Positions 19,021 to 28,342 of a DNA stretch of 64,000 nt are shown here, piece after piece; position 1 is the stretch's first letter, and every line of letters starts with the position of its first letter. The DNA is taken from positions 12,445 through 76,444 of IMG/VR virus record IMGVR_UViG_3300025871_000005. The stretch is one strand, 5' to 3'. The stretch is from a virus. The translations under genes were made by a program, and so were the position numbers. The notes beneath the pieces were generated by a model, which was given only the letters and a program-made list of their open reading frames with translations, did no database searches and was not told where the DNA came from.

Positions 19021-19903
19021 AATTTCTATTTTCAATATTTGGTATAACACTATACAAATTCTTTTCTTTAAGAAAAGAATAAAAATCATTCATATAAATA
19101 ACTTTAATGTTAACATGTTGTTCATCAATTACACGTTGTCTAACATCAGAATTTGAGTTGATCAATAATGAAAAATTATTTGACTCAGATTTTCTTACGC
19201 CTTTCAATTCAATATAACAATTCAACTCATTATTCCAAAAATCAGGCGTATAATGTCTTATTTGATTATCAACCAATATCTCAAATGTTTTTGGTTCATA
19301 TTCATAAGCAATATTTGAATATTGCAAATATCTTGCATAATCAGCTTCAAACGCAGATTTGAAATAATGATTACCCTTTATATCAATTCTGTATCCACTT
19401 CTTCCATTGACATGAATATGAATTTTTCCATTTGATTGTGCTATCATTTGACAATTTCTAGAACAAAAACGCTTTCGTTCATAAGCTGACTTTTTGATTT
19501 GAAATGTCTTATTACAAATTTCACATTGTTTTTCCAATGATGTTCTCTTAGAAAGAGATGAACATTGCGGAGAACAATATTTTCTATTACAAGAAATGTT
19601 TACATCAAAATTTTTCCCGCAATGTTCACATTTTAAGCTTTTTTTATCACTTGACAATCGTTGTGATTGATTGATATTTTTACATTCTTTTGAACAAACC
19701 TTTCTAGCTGATTGTGATTTGTAAACTCGCACCTCTTTTCCACAAATGATACATTGTTTAACAATCTTTTCACCATTTTCAGGACGCCTATTCCATGCAT
19801 TTTTACATTTTGAACCACAAAAACGTCGTTTTTGAATTGAGTAATTTTTGTTTGTATCATCAATGATAAAATCACAATTACAATTTACACATTTTCTAAT
19901 CAT
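18974..19903 (-). CDS. Free-standing PD-(D/E)xK homing endonuclease with Cys repeats
   Basis: Repeats CxxC...CSxxC; YEYEPKTF...YTPDF...YIELKG; lies between IntN1 and IntC1. Confidence 0.78.
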   Translation of the reverse strand: MIRKCVNCNCDFIIDDTNKNYSIQKRRFCGSKCKNAWNRRPENGEKIVKQCIICGKEVRVYKSQSARKVCSKECKNINQSQRLSSDKKSLKCEHCGKNFDVNISCNRKYCSPQCSSLSKRTSLEKQCEICNKTFQIKKSAYERKRFCSRNCQMIAQSNGKIHIHVNGRSGYRIDIKGNHYFKSAFEADYARYLQYSNIAYEYEPKTFEILVDNQIRHYTPDFWNNELNCYIELKGVRKSESNNFSLLINSNSDVRQRVIDEQHVNIKVIYMNDFYSFLKEKNLYSVIPNIENRNYGATKYLVKQHNYKR

Positions 19904-20171
19904 TAGCTATTATCTGATCATCTTTACATAAGTGTTCAGCCTCAACTAATTCAAATTTTCCATTACGAATAATTGGCCAACGATGTTTTCTAGAACAAAC
20001 AATAGTTTGTCCATTCACAATGAACTTAACATACTGCAATGTTTTTGTTTCAAATTTGTCAAGAATTTTTCTTGTTTCTCCACTTCCACCAATAATTTCA
20101 TCCCCAATATTAAGTTCTGAAATTGATTTATTGCCAATTGGTGTTCGAACTAATGTTTCACCTGGTAAACA
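19896..20171 (-). mobile_element. Split intein 1, N-fragment (91 aa)
   Basis: Block A CLPGETLV; block B CSRKHRW. Confidence 0.88.
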
Positions 20172-21719
20172 TCTATGAGGATTCAGGAACCTCTCGAATG
20201 AAAGATTATACTTTAAAGGGTCAATGTCTGTGATTTCCAATAGATAAACAACCAATGAACCGCCAGATGAACCTCTTGCGACCCCAAGAAGACATACATC
20301 CCTTGCCAATCTGAGTGCTCCTGCCAATGTGACAAAGTATGAAGCGTTGTCAAGCTTCTTGATGATGCTCAACTCATACTTCATCCTCTCAACATATTCA
20401 GGCTTTTTATCCAAACCTTTTTTGATCATTCCATCCTTTACAAGTTTGCACAAATATTTGAATTCCGTTGTATCACTGGGTACAACCGATTTTGGATATT
20501 TGTATCCCTGATCAAATTTGATATCTTCAATTACATTGTGAGCAATATCATGTGTCCTCTCAATTGCATCACACACCAACTGTTCAACACCATCTTCTCT
20601 GTAAAACTTGTGCTGATCTTGGCGTTGTTTGAAACCTTCCCACATCTGCTCTGCATTCTTTGGATACAGGAGTGCTTTCACATCCTCAACAGACTTTGGC
20701 AAGCTTTCAGGTCCCAATTCACTATAATTCATGAACCCAAGTTTTTTGTACATCTCTCTATGACGCCACAGATCAGGTCTTGGATAATGACTGTCACACG
20801 TTGCAATCAACTGTTCAGTCATTCCATTCCTTTTTGCAAATTCAATGATTGCTCTGTTGACAACATCCTGAGCAGGAATTTTGTGAAATTGCAATTCAAG
20901 AAGAAAATTTTTCACACCAACTGCACTGATGAGTGGATCAGCTATGTTCCCAATCTCATTCAGAACTCTGCGCATGATGTTTTCGTCATCAAGAATTTCA
21001 GGATTGAGATCATCAAAATTGACAGTTCTCAATGTTTGCAACACAGCATATGATATTGGACCCCCAAGACATGCAGATGACAGAATGATGTCATCCTTTG
21101 CCTCCTTCAGGATCATCCCCAAATCAATTCTGGGAAATCTGTAGAACCCTTCTATATAACCCCTGGAAACAATGTGAAATATTTTCTTGAGGGCACCTGA
21201 TGTCTTTGGGAGCACAACAAGATGATGGCGACGATTGAGAGGATTGAAGGCCTTTATATTTCGCGTTTCATCCTCATTCTCAATTGTCAATGCATTTGAC
21301 ATTTCAATATCAACAATGTCGTCGTCATCATCTGTCTTCACACTGATGTTCTTGAGACCTTCTTCACGTTTTTTCAGTTTCTTCTGAAGCTTTTTATCCT
21401 CTTTTGCTTCCTCATACAGAGCCCTGTCTTGAGCCCACTGTTCAAGACTTGGGTGATAGTATGCCTCAACTCCTGGAATGTATTTGAACTGTGTTCCTGC
21501 TTTTTTCCACTTCTGATTGAAGAGATATGCTTGTGCAAAACTGTTCATATGACCATGTTCAGTGATTGCCATCCCATCAAGTCCATTGCTCAATGCAAAT
21601 TTGAAATGATCTTCTGCAGGACCCATACCATCATAGGTTGAAGCTCCTGTGTGACTATGAAGTCCAAAAAACTTCTTTGGCACCAGAGTGCTGTTCCTTT
21701 CATCAATATGATTTGTCAC
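19896..21719 (-). CDS. dnaE: DNA polymerase III alpha fragment 1 (PHP domain) plus split-intein N part
   Basis: LHSHT, ITEHG, GVEAY, DSHY, GVARGSSGGSLVVYLL, FERFLNPHR then CLPGET. Confidence 0.92.
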   Translation of the reverse strand: MTNHIDERNSTLVPKKFFGLHSHTGASTYDGMGPAEDHFKFALSNGLDGMAITEHGHMNSFAQAYLFNQKWKKAGTQFKYIPGVEAYYHPSLEQWAQDRALYEEAKEDKKLQKKLKKREEGLKNISVKTDDDDDIVDIEMSNALTIENEDETRNIKAFNPLNRRHHLVVLPKTSGALKKIFHIVSRGYIEGFYRFPRIDLGMILKEAKDDIILSSACLGGPISYAVLQTLRTVNFDDLNPEILDDENIMRRVLNEIGNIADPLISAVGVKNFLLELQFHKIPAQDVVNRAIIEFAKRNGMTEQLIATCDSHYPRPDLWRHREMYKKLGFMNYSELGPESLPKSVEDVKALLYPKNAEQMWEGFKQRQDQHKFYREDGVEQLVCDAIERTHDIAHNVIEDIKFDQGYKYPKSVVPSDTTEFKYLCKLVKDGMIKKGLDKKPEYVERMKYELSIIKKLDNASYFVTLAGALRLARDVCLLGVARGSSGGSLVVYLLEITDIDPLKYNLSFERFLNPHRCLPGETLVRTPIGNKSISELNIGDEIIGGSGETRKILDKFETKTLQYVKFIVNGQTIVCSRKHRWPIIRNGKFELVEAEHLCKDDQIIAND

Positions 21720-21730
21720 AATGTTTCTTT

Positions 21731-22033
21731 CTAAATTTGACTATGCAAATAGCTCAAAATATCGTTAATGTTTATCTTTGTCAAGATTGCATTGGGTATA
21801 TGACCCCACAATACTATTGAATTCTTGTTCAATACACCCCTAATTCCTGGGAATTTTATGTATTGTTCAATACTGCGTTCACCTGGTATCATCCAAACAC
21901 AAATTGGTGGTGTACGTGAACCATGATAGTGTATTTTTACATGTCCTTTCGCACTACCACATTTATTGACAGTTATCGACTTTTCCACCGTGAAAGTGTT
22001 CATTAACAGTTTTCTCCAACAAATGCTCATCAA
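21731..22033 (-). CDS. Hypothetical protein
   Basis: About 100-aa tiled ORF. Confidence 0.4.
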   Translation of the reverse strand: MMSICWRKLLMNTFTVEKSITVNKCGSAKGHVKIHYHGSRTPPICVWMIPGERSIEQYIKFPGIRGVLNKNSIVLWGHIPNAILTKININDILSYLHSQI

Positions 22034-22529
22034 AATTTGTGATGGTGTTCAACAGAATTGGCTTGTATTCGGTCATCTCAACTGACACACATGTGTGTGC
22101 ACAAGTCAATTTGACACTTTGATCATACCCATTATTGTGTATATGTCCATGAACAATGTGCACATTGTTTGCAAACTTTTCACTCATTCTCTGAGGATAG
22201 TGTCTCAACAGAAGATTTCCACACACCAACCGTTTTGTGTATACAATTCCACAATATTCAAGAAAATGTTTTTTGTCATGATTACCCAACAACACAATCA
22301 GTTTTCCATTCAGGGTGTTGATGAACTGTTTCATTTCATCAAATTTGCTGTTTGGAACAAGAGCAAGATCACCCAAGTGAATAACTGTATCATCCTCACC
22401 AATTGCACTGTTCCAATTCATTCTCATAACACTATTCATTTGGAATGAATTCACAAATGGTCTATTGCAATATTTGATGATGTTTGCATGAGAAAAATGT
22501 GTATCAGAAATTACCCAAATATTTTTCAT
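21963..22529 (-). CDS. Calcineurin-like metallophosphoesterase
   Basis: SDTHFSH, HLGD, LGNHD, HYP, HGHIH. Confidence 0.9.
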   Translation of the reverse strand: MKNIWVISDTHFSHANIIKYCNRPFVNSFQMNSVMRMNWNSAIGEDDTVIHLGDLALVPNSKFDEMKQFINTLNGKLIVLLGNHDKKHFLEYCGIVYTKRLVCGNLLLRHYPQRMSEKFANNVHIVHGHIHNNGYDQSVKLTCAHTCVSVEMTEYKPILLNTITNFDEHLLEKTVNEHFHGGKVDNCQ

Positions 22530-22978
22530 ACATCAATCAATCCAATCTCATATGTTCCACGTTGCACAAATTTCGCATCACACTTTTTATAGAACTGTTT
22601 TGCATTTTCATTCCATGGATCAACAACAATCTGTTTGTAACCCAAACATTTTGCAACAGTCTTCACTTCATCAACAACTGATTTACCAATACCCCTAAAT
22701 CTGTCACTTCCAGGAACAAAAACAGAGAGATCACATGGGCGCATCATATCATTTTGTGTTCCAAACCAAACACCAACACCCAAAATCTTTTCATTTTCAC
22801 CAATGACTGTAATGTATGATGTTACATTTTGCAAAAAAGTCCTATCAAGATGCGAATAATAGATTTCTTCTCTCACAACATCCCTAATCCAACTTTTTCC
22901 ACTGAGCGTGAATTGTTCAACAATCAGCTTCTTCAATTCATCATCAATGAATTCAATTTCCTGAGTTAGTGTATGCAA
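22526..22978 (-). CDS. GNAT-family acetyltransferase
   Basis: RFRGIGKSVV acetyl-CoA motif; NENAKQFYKKC. Confidence 0.75.
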   Translation of the reverse strand: MHTLTQEIEFIDDELKKLIVEQFTLSGKSWIRDVVREEIYYSHLDRTFLQNVTSYITVIGENEKILGVGVWFGTQNDMMRPCDLSVFVPGSDRFRGIGKSVVDEVKTVAKCLGYKQIVVDPWNENAKQFYKKCDAKFVQRGTYEIGLIDV

Positions 22979-23941
22979 TCAGACCGTCCTCATGTATTCA
23001 ATCATTTTTTTGAGACCTTCATCAAGATCTTCAATTGGCCACCAATTCAACAATTTTCTTGCGTTGTTCAGATCTGGTCTTCGTTGTGTTGGATCATCAA
23101 CTGGCAATTGTTTGAACAATAATGTTGATTTTGAACCTGTCAATTTCAGCACTCTGTTTGCCAATTCGATCATGGTGAATTCTTTATCATTTCCTATGTT
23201 TATTGGGACACCAGGATTGTGCTTCAAACTGCCCATTATTGTGATTGCATCAATGAGATCATCAACATAACAAAAACTTCTTGTCTGCTTTCCATCGCCA
23301 TAAATTGTGATTGGCTCACCACGCAATGCTTGTTTGACAAAATTTGTGATAACTCTTCCATCATTTGGATCCATATGCGGACCATAAGTGTTGAATATTC
23401 TCACAACTCTTGCATCAACACCAATTGGTTGATTTTTATAAACCCAACACAACGCTTCTGCATAACGTTTTCCTTCATCATACATTGATCGTTGACCATA
23501 ACTATTCACATTTCCCCAATATTTTTCATTCTGAGGATTGCAGTTTGGATCACCATAAACTTCTGATGTTGAAGCTTGCACAAACACTGCATTGTGTTCT
23601 TTTGCCAAATCCAACATATTCTTGACACCAATGCTACAACATTGCATTGTTTCAACAGCAAGTTCCTGATATTTTGGTGGAGATGCTGGGCATGCAAAAT
23701 TGTAAATCAGATCAATTTTTCCATATTGATCTGAAAATTGTTGTGTATATTCATGAATGAGTTCTGCTTGTGTAATATCACAATATTTTACAAGATCTCC
23801 AAGAATATATGAATGTTCTGATTTTGGTGATGATGTTGAATAGTTGTCCAATCCCAACACATTATCACCCAACTCAATATGTTTGAGCATCAAATGTGAT
23901 CCAAGAAATCCTGCTGCACCTGTTACAACAATATTTGACAT
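22979..23941 (-). CDS. uxs: UDP-glucuronate decarboxylase (UDP-xylose synthase)
   Basis: GAAGFLGSHL, NFACPASPPKY, ASTSEVYGDP, YWGNVN, YDEGKRYAE, RIFNTYGP, DGRVITNF, QTRSFCYVDDL. Confidence 0.9.
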   Translation of the reverse strand: MSNIVVTGAAGFLGSHLMLKHIELGDNVLGLDNYSTSSPKSEHSYILGDLVKYCDITQAELIHEYTQQFSDQYGKIDLIYNFACPASPPKYQELAVETMQCCSIGVKNMLDLAKEHNAVFVQASTSEVYGDPNCNPQNEKYWGNVNSYGQRSMYDEGKRYAEALCWVYKNQPIGVDARVVRIFNTYGPHMDPNDGRVITNFVKQALRGEPITIYGDGKQTRSFCYVDDLIDAITIMGSLKHNPGVPINIGNDKEFTMIELANRVLKLTGSKSTLLFKQLPVDDPTQRRPDLNNARKLLNWWPIEDLDEGLKKMIEYMRTV

Positions 23942-23977
23942 ATTGTTAACTGTACAATACAATTGATCAGAAGTTCA

Positions 23978-24541
23978 TCAATTCATTGTCTTGCGATTGC
24001 TGTATGCATTGGCAATCAGTTCTGCAACTGAACGTTGCAATTCATGTCTGCTCATTCCCATGTCAATCATCCAAGTTCTGATCTCAGTATGATGTTCAAA
24101 CATAAAACCTTCTGCAAGATCATATGCATATGATCCAGGATCACCACCATTTTCATCAACAAGATCTTCCAAACTGTCTGCTGCATTTTGTGCATACTCG
24201 CTGGCAGCTTTTTGAAATTCTGAAAAGCTATCAAAATCTTCTTCATCTTCATCAAAAAATGGCTCATGATCAACCTCTGTGTCATGATCATCAAATGTAT
24301 GCTTGATATAATAATTGCTATCAAGTCTGTTGACTACATCTGCCCATGTATCTCCTGGTTCACCCAACACTTCACCAGTCTCATCATTGACGTAATCACG
24401 ATCAATCAATTCTTCCTGATCATGTGATTTTGCATCCTCAATGAATTTAGCAAGTTCATCATGTTGAATGTAAACTGCAGGTGCTATTTCACCAGCATAT
24501 GATTTTTTAGGTTTCTTTTTTTGTGCTTTGCTAAATGGCAT
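23978..24541 (-). CDS. Acidic hypothetical protein
   Basis: 187-aa D/E-rich ORF. Confidence 0.5.
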   Translation of the reverse strand: MPFSKAQKKKPKKSYAGEIAPAVYIQHDELAKFIEDAKSHDQEELIDRDYVNDETGEVLGEPGDTWADVVNRLDSNYYIKHTFDDHDTEVDHEPFFDEDEEDFDSFSEFQKAASEYAQNAADSLEDLVDENGGDPGSYAYDLAEGFMFEHHTEIRTWMIDMGMSRHELQRSVAELIANAYSNRKTMN

Positions 24542-25053
24542 TATTTTTCCTCACATCTCTGCTTAAGCAGATATATGTGTGTTTCATGCATATCAAGAAT
24601 TCCGGTCAACAGGTTTTCAAGTCCCTTTGTTAATGTTCCCTGTTCACGCATCAATTCTGTGCAAACCGTGAGCAGGTTGATGAAATTCTGTTCTGCAATG
24701 AGTGATCTTTTTGGGAAATCATTCTGGCCTGGAATTGCTGTACCAAAATCTTGTGCAAATTTTTGCATTTGTTGCAGTTGTAAACACAATTCGACTGCAT
24801 TGCTGTCAGTCAATCCAATTGACCTCTCGGCAACACTATCAATTTCATCACCAATCTCTTCATAAAGTCTCTGGAATAGGAGATGGTCGCCATAGTACAT
24901 TTGACCCCTTGATGACCAATGATGTGTTTGATGCAACATGTAGAGATATCTCAAATTTGCCAATATAACTGACAAATGAGAAAATGTGACATTTGTCCAC
25001 TGAGACAACATATTGTCGATTGATATTTCAAAACTTGGTTCAAGTTGTAACAT
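24541..25053 (-). CDS. dps: Dps/ferritin-like protein
   Basis: HHWSSRG...GDHLLFQRLYE...DSVAER ferroxidase-type motifs. Confidence 0.75.
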   Translation of the reverse strand: MLQLEPSFEISIDNMLSQWTNVTFSHLSVILANLRYLYMLHQTHHWSSRGQMYYGDHLLFQRLYEEIGDEIDSVAERSIGLTDSNAVELCLQLQQMQKFAQDFGTAIPGQNDFPKRSLIAEQNFINLLTVCTELMREQGTLTKGLENLLTGILDMHETHIYLLKQRCEEK

Positions 25054-26096
25054 TATAGTATCCTCACAGTGAATTGGATCTGATCGTCATTGCCAACTGT
25101 CCAATTCATTTTGAGAGGTTCAGCACTCTCAATCAGCTGTCGTCTATTCCAGATGGAAACATACCTATCAAGATTTTGTTCATCAACATATCTCAAAGTG
25201 TTGGTTGGAAGTGTACATTTTGATGGCAAAATACCTTCACCAATCTGTTTTCCTTTTGCTTTGTACAATTTGTTGAATTGATTTGCAAATTTGCTGTTTG
25301 CATCAATTGTCAACAACTCTTTTGCCGGATCAACATCACAATTTTCAACAACAATGTTAATCTGTTTGAATATTAACTGTTCTTCAAGAGATTGCTCTTC
25401 CTTCTCATCAATTATTGAAAAGATTTCATCAAGCAATTTTTCTGCATCAATTTCAACGCCAGTTGTCACCTTCATGTGTGCACAATAGTTTTTGACAACC
25501 TTTTCTTCCCATCCCTGCTCTATTTCTCTATCAAATTCATAAACCATTTTCAGTGCAAGTGTATGATAGAATTCATCACCCAAATCTGCATCAACTGATT
25601 GTTTGACAATGTCGCCAAGTTTTCCAGAATAGAGCTCAAGAGGTTTGTATGCATCGCTCTCTGCGATCAGCTCTCTGTCCTTGATAATGTGTTCAACCTG
25701 ATCATTATTCCACAAAGTTTGAAGATTTTTTGCTTCTTTGAGTGGCAAACGTTTTGCCAAAACAATTCTCACTTCATGTGTTCTATCATTGACAAATTTT
25801 TTCAACAAACTTTCTGGCAAAAGTCTGCTTGCAAATTTTTTGCAATTTGCACTCTTCGATTCCATCAATTTCAATAACAATGAAGTTTTGAATCGCTGTT
25901 TTGGAAGTTTTCCTGTCTTCTCAAGAACATCAAGTCGTTCATTTGCTTCGACAATCACACGTTCAAGACCACCTTTTGTCCAAACATTGCCTGCAAAATA
26001 TTGATCAATTTCATTCAAAATTGATTGTGTAAATTTGTTCTCAGCAAGTGTATGCTTAACAACAGTTTCCAATTGGCCAATTTTCAATCTGCTCAT
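25053..26096 (-). CDS. Hypothetical helical protein
   Basis: 347 aa; short HEAT-like segment; TATTTA upstream; LxE motifs near the N-terminus. Confidence 0.5.
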   Translation of the reverse strand: MSRLKIGQLETVVKHTLAENKFTQSILNEIDQYFAGNVWTKGGLERVIVEANERLDVLEKTGKLPKQRFKTSLLLKLMESKSANCKKFASRLLPESLLKKFVNDRTHEVRIVLAKRLPLKEAKNLQTLWNNDQVEHIIKDRELIAESDAYKPLELYSGKLGDIVKQSVDADLGDEFYHTLALKMVYEFDREIEQGWEEKVVKNYCAHMKVTTGVEIDAEKLLDEIFSIIDEKEEQSLEEQLIFKQINIVVENCDVDPAKELLTIDANSKFANQFNKLYKAKGKQIGEGILPSKCTLPTNTLRYVDEQNLDRYVSIWNRRQLIESAEPLKMNWTVGNDDQIQFTVRIL

Positions 26097-26171
26097 ATTG
26101 CTACATGAGTAAATATACCTGTTGATGTCTATTGAAAGATGTCAGCAAATTTTGCTGTAAAAAGGTGTTCA

Positions 26172-27125
26172 CTATGCTGTTGTCAATGGTGCCTTATCCA
26201 AAAATGTTTTGAATGCATAATCATACCTCTGCAGATCAGAAGGCCAAATTGCACTCAATTCAAGCAATTTTTCAAGATCACAATTAATTTCTGAACTGTT
26301 TTGAGCAACAAGATGGTTGAGAACATCAATAACTTTGCTCAAATTGTATCCCGTTGTCTTTTCTCTGACCTTGTTTGCATAGTCAATAATTTGTATTTTC
26401 AAATCAGAAAAATTTTCATCATGAAAATTTTTGAAGTGGTGCCTAGATCGCCATTTGACCAATCTGTTTATTGTGTATAGACCAAATTTTTGAACATGAA
26501 GTGTTCTTGTCTTTTCAAGTTCATCAATCATACTGTGTTTTGTCAACTGAAAAGACATATTGTCATCATGATCAATTGTAGGTTTGATTGCATACATACA
26601 ATTTGTGATGTCAAAATTTTTCAAAACGTTTTCAACATCGCCAGTTATCTTGTGAATGATTTGAATCTTCAAAACATCATAAGAGTTACCAACATGACGA
26701 TCCAATATTGCTCTTTGTAAACCATTGAGATCACTTCTTTTTGCACCTTTCAACAGTTCATGATATCTTGCGATTGCATTTTTACCATCACTACAATCAA
26801 TGTGCAATTCTGTTGCAACACCAGAAGGTGTTGTTTCAACAACAAAAATTCTGTCTCCAAACAATTTTTCAATTTCGCGCAACATCATATAAGATCTGTG
26901 TTCATCAGTAAAAAATAGATCTAGATCACCCCCAGAATGAAACAAATAGTTGTGAATATTGACATTATCATCATTATTGATGACATCCAACGCAAATATT
27001 CTTGCGCCTCCACCTGAAAGAAAACCATCATGTTTTGCCAGGGTTCTCAATATCACATCAACATTATGTCTTTTTATACGTTTACAATCTTTTTCATCAT
27101 GTACAGTGTTGATAAACATATTCAT
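26172..27125 (-). CDS. Pol-beta-superfamily nucleotidyltransferase (poly(A)/CCA head-like)
   Basis: FLSGGGAR, GDLDLFF, KIQII, NFDITNC. Confidence 0.65.
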   Translation of the reverse strand: MNMFINTVHDEKDCKRIKRHNVDVILRTLAKHDGFLSGGGARIFALDVINNDDNVNIHNYLFHSGGDLDLFFTDEHRSYMMLREIEKLFGDRIFVVETTPSGVATELHIDCSDGKNAIARYHELLKGAKRSDLNGLQRAILDRHVGNSYDVLKIQIIHKITGDVENVLKNFDITNCMYAIKPTIDHDDNMSFQLTKHSMIDELEKTRTLHVQKFGLYTINRLVKWRSRHHFKNFHDENFSDLKIQIIDYANKVREKTTGYNLSKVIDVLNHLVAQNSSEINCDLEKLLELSAIWPSDLQRYDYAFKTFLDKAPLTTA

Positions 27126-27160
27126 ACATCAGACAATAATATCAAATTTGGAACTTTTCA

Positions 27161-27192
27161 CAAAAAAAATCACCCTCATTTGAGGGTGATTT
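27161..27192 (-). terminator. Rho-independent terminator after hsp20
   Basis: Perfect 12-bp inverted repeat aaatcaccctca/tgagggtgattt followed by a T run on the minus strand. Confidence 0.8.
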
Positions 27193-27217
27193 CATAATCA
27201 ACATTCAATCAAATTGA

Positions 27218-27655
27218 CTATTCAATGTCAATCTTTGTGGGCTTCATATATTCATGAGGCATGAATGTAATTGTCAATTCACCATCTTCATACTTTGTTT
27301 TTGCAGATTTTGGATCAAAAGATCCTTCATTGATCTTGAATGTATGATCAAAAACAATTGCATCAGATTTCTTTGCCTTGACTGAGAGTTCACCACCAGT
27401 GACTGTTATGTCAATATCCTGTTTCTTCACACCAGGTAACGCAATTATGATTGCATCTTCTGTAATCTGATATTGCGCAGAATTCACTTTTTTCATACTG
27501 TTCAATCTTTCAAGGAAAATTTTGAAAGCTTCATCATTTTGTCGTTGATATGGTAAAACCTTTGGAATTATTGTAGGCCACGTTGTTGGTGGGTTGTCAA
27601 AACCATAATTGAAAACATTGTCAATAATTGAATCAATATTGTATTTGGATAGCAT
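27218..27655 (-). CDS. Small heat-shock protein (Hsp20/alpha-crystallin)
   Basis: ALPGVKKQDIDITV, AKTKYEDGELTI; strong RBS. Confidence 0.88.
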   Translation of the reverse strand: MLSKYNIDSIIDNVFNYGFDNPPTTWPTIIPKVLPYQRQNDEAFKIFLERLNSMKKVNSAQYQITEDAIIIALPGVKKQDIDITVTGGELSVKAKKSDAIVFDHTFKINEGSFDPKSAKTKYEDGELTITFMPHEYMKPTKIDIE

Positions 27656-27750
27656 TTCTATTTCCTTTCCTTTTGGGATGTCGATAAGATAATCACTGTT
27701 CTAAATCTGTACAGGCCATAATTGCACTTTTTTTGCACAATTATTCACGC

Positions 27751-28128
27751 TCAATATCCATTATTAATGCGTTCAACATTGATTGAACCCTTTTGCATAT
27801 ATTTTTCATACAGTTCATCCATTGAAACTCCTGTAAGAATTGCAATCTCTATGAAATAGTGCAACGCATCACTCAATTCTTCAATGTATGCATCACGATC
27901 AAAATTTTTCACATCAGTTGCTCTGTGATCTTTTGAATTCTTCAAGTGCTGATTTGCTTCAAAAAGTTCATGCATACATTCATGAGTAATGTCTTTGACA
28001 ATTTTTTGTCCACTTTTTGCAGTTATGTCAACAGGAAATTCTGTGAATGAACGTTTTTCCTGAAGAAGCCTCATAAAAGCTTCCTGTTGACACCACATCA
28101 TTTTCAATTTATCACTGTTGGTTTCCAT
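27751..28128 (-). CDS. All-alpha dimeric dUTPase/dCTPase (T4 gp56/MazG-like)
   Basis: ELFEA, YIEELSDALHYF, KGSINVERINNGY. Confidence 0.75.
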   Translation of the reverse strand: METNSDKLKMMWCQQEAFMRLLQEKRSFTEFPVDITAKSGQKIVKDITHECMHELFEANQHLKNSKDHRATDVKNFDRDAYIEELSDALHYFIEIAILTGVSMDELYEKYMQKGSINVERINNGY

Positions 28129-28342
28129 TTTTGATTGCTTCTGCATTTTCCAAGAGCTTCTCATGCATTCTCTTAACCTGTTCTTTATATGTTGCTGACA
28201 ATATCATTTGATCATTATCACCTTTTGACAATCTGATCTGTCTCAACAGATCAGCACAATCAGTTCCAGTCAGGAGTGCCTCCTGAACAATTTGAACAAT
28301 CCTAAACCAAACTTCATCTGCACATGTATATTCTTCAGACAT
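28112..28342 (-). CDS. Hypothetical protein
   Basis: Tiled ORF; likely start MSEEY. Confidence 0.5.
   Translation of the reverse strand: MSEEYTCADEVWFRIVQIVQEALLTGTDCADLLRQIRLSKGDNDQMILSATYKEQVKRMHEKLLENAEAIKNGNQQ

Noticed and set aside
12484-21719. dnaE as a pseudogene, assembly artefact or group I intron-interrupted gene
   Set aside because: The breaks coincide with complete intein block A/B and F/G motifs, the extein junctions are in frame, and the catalytic Asps are intact. No intron-like non-coding flanks exist.
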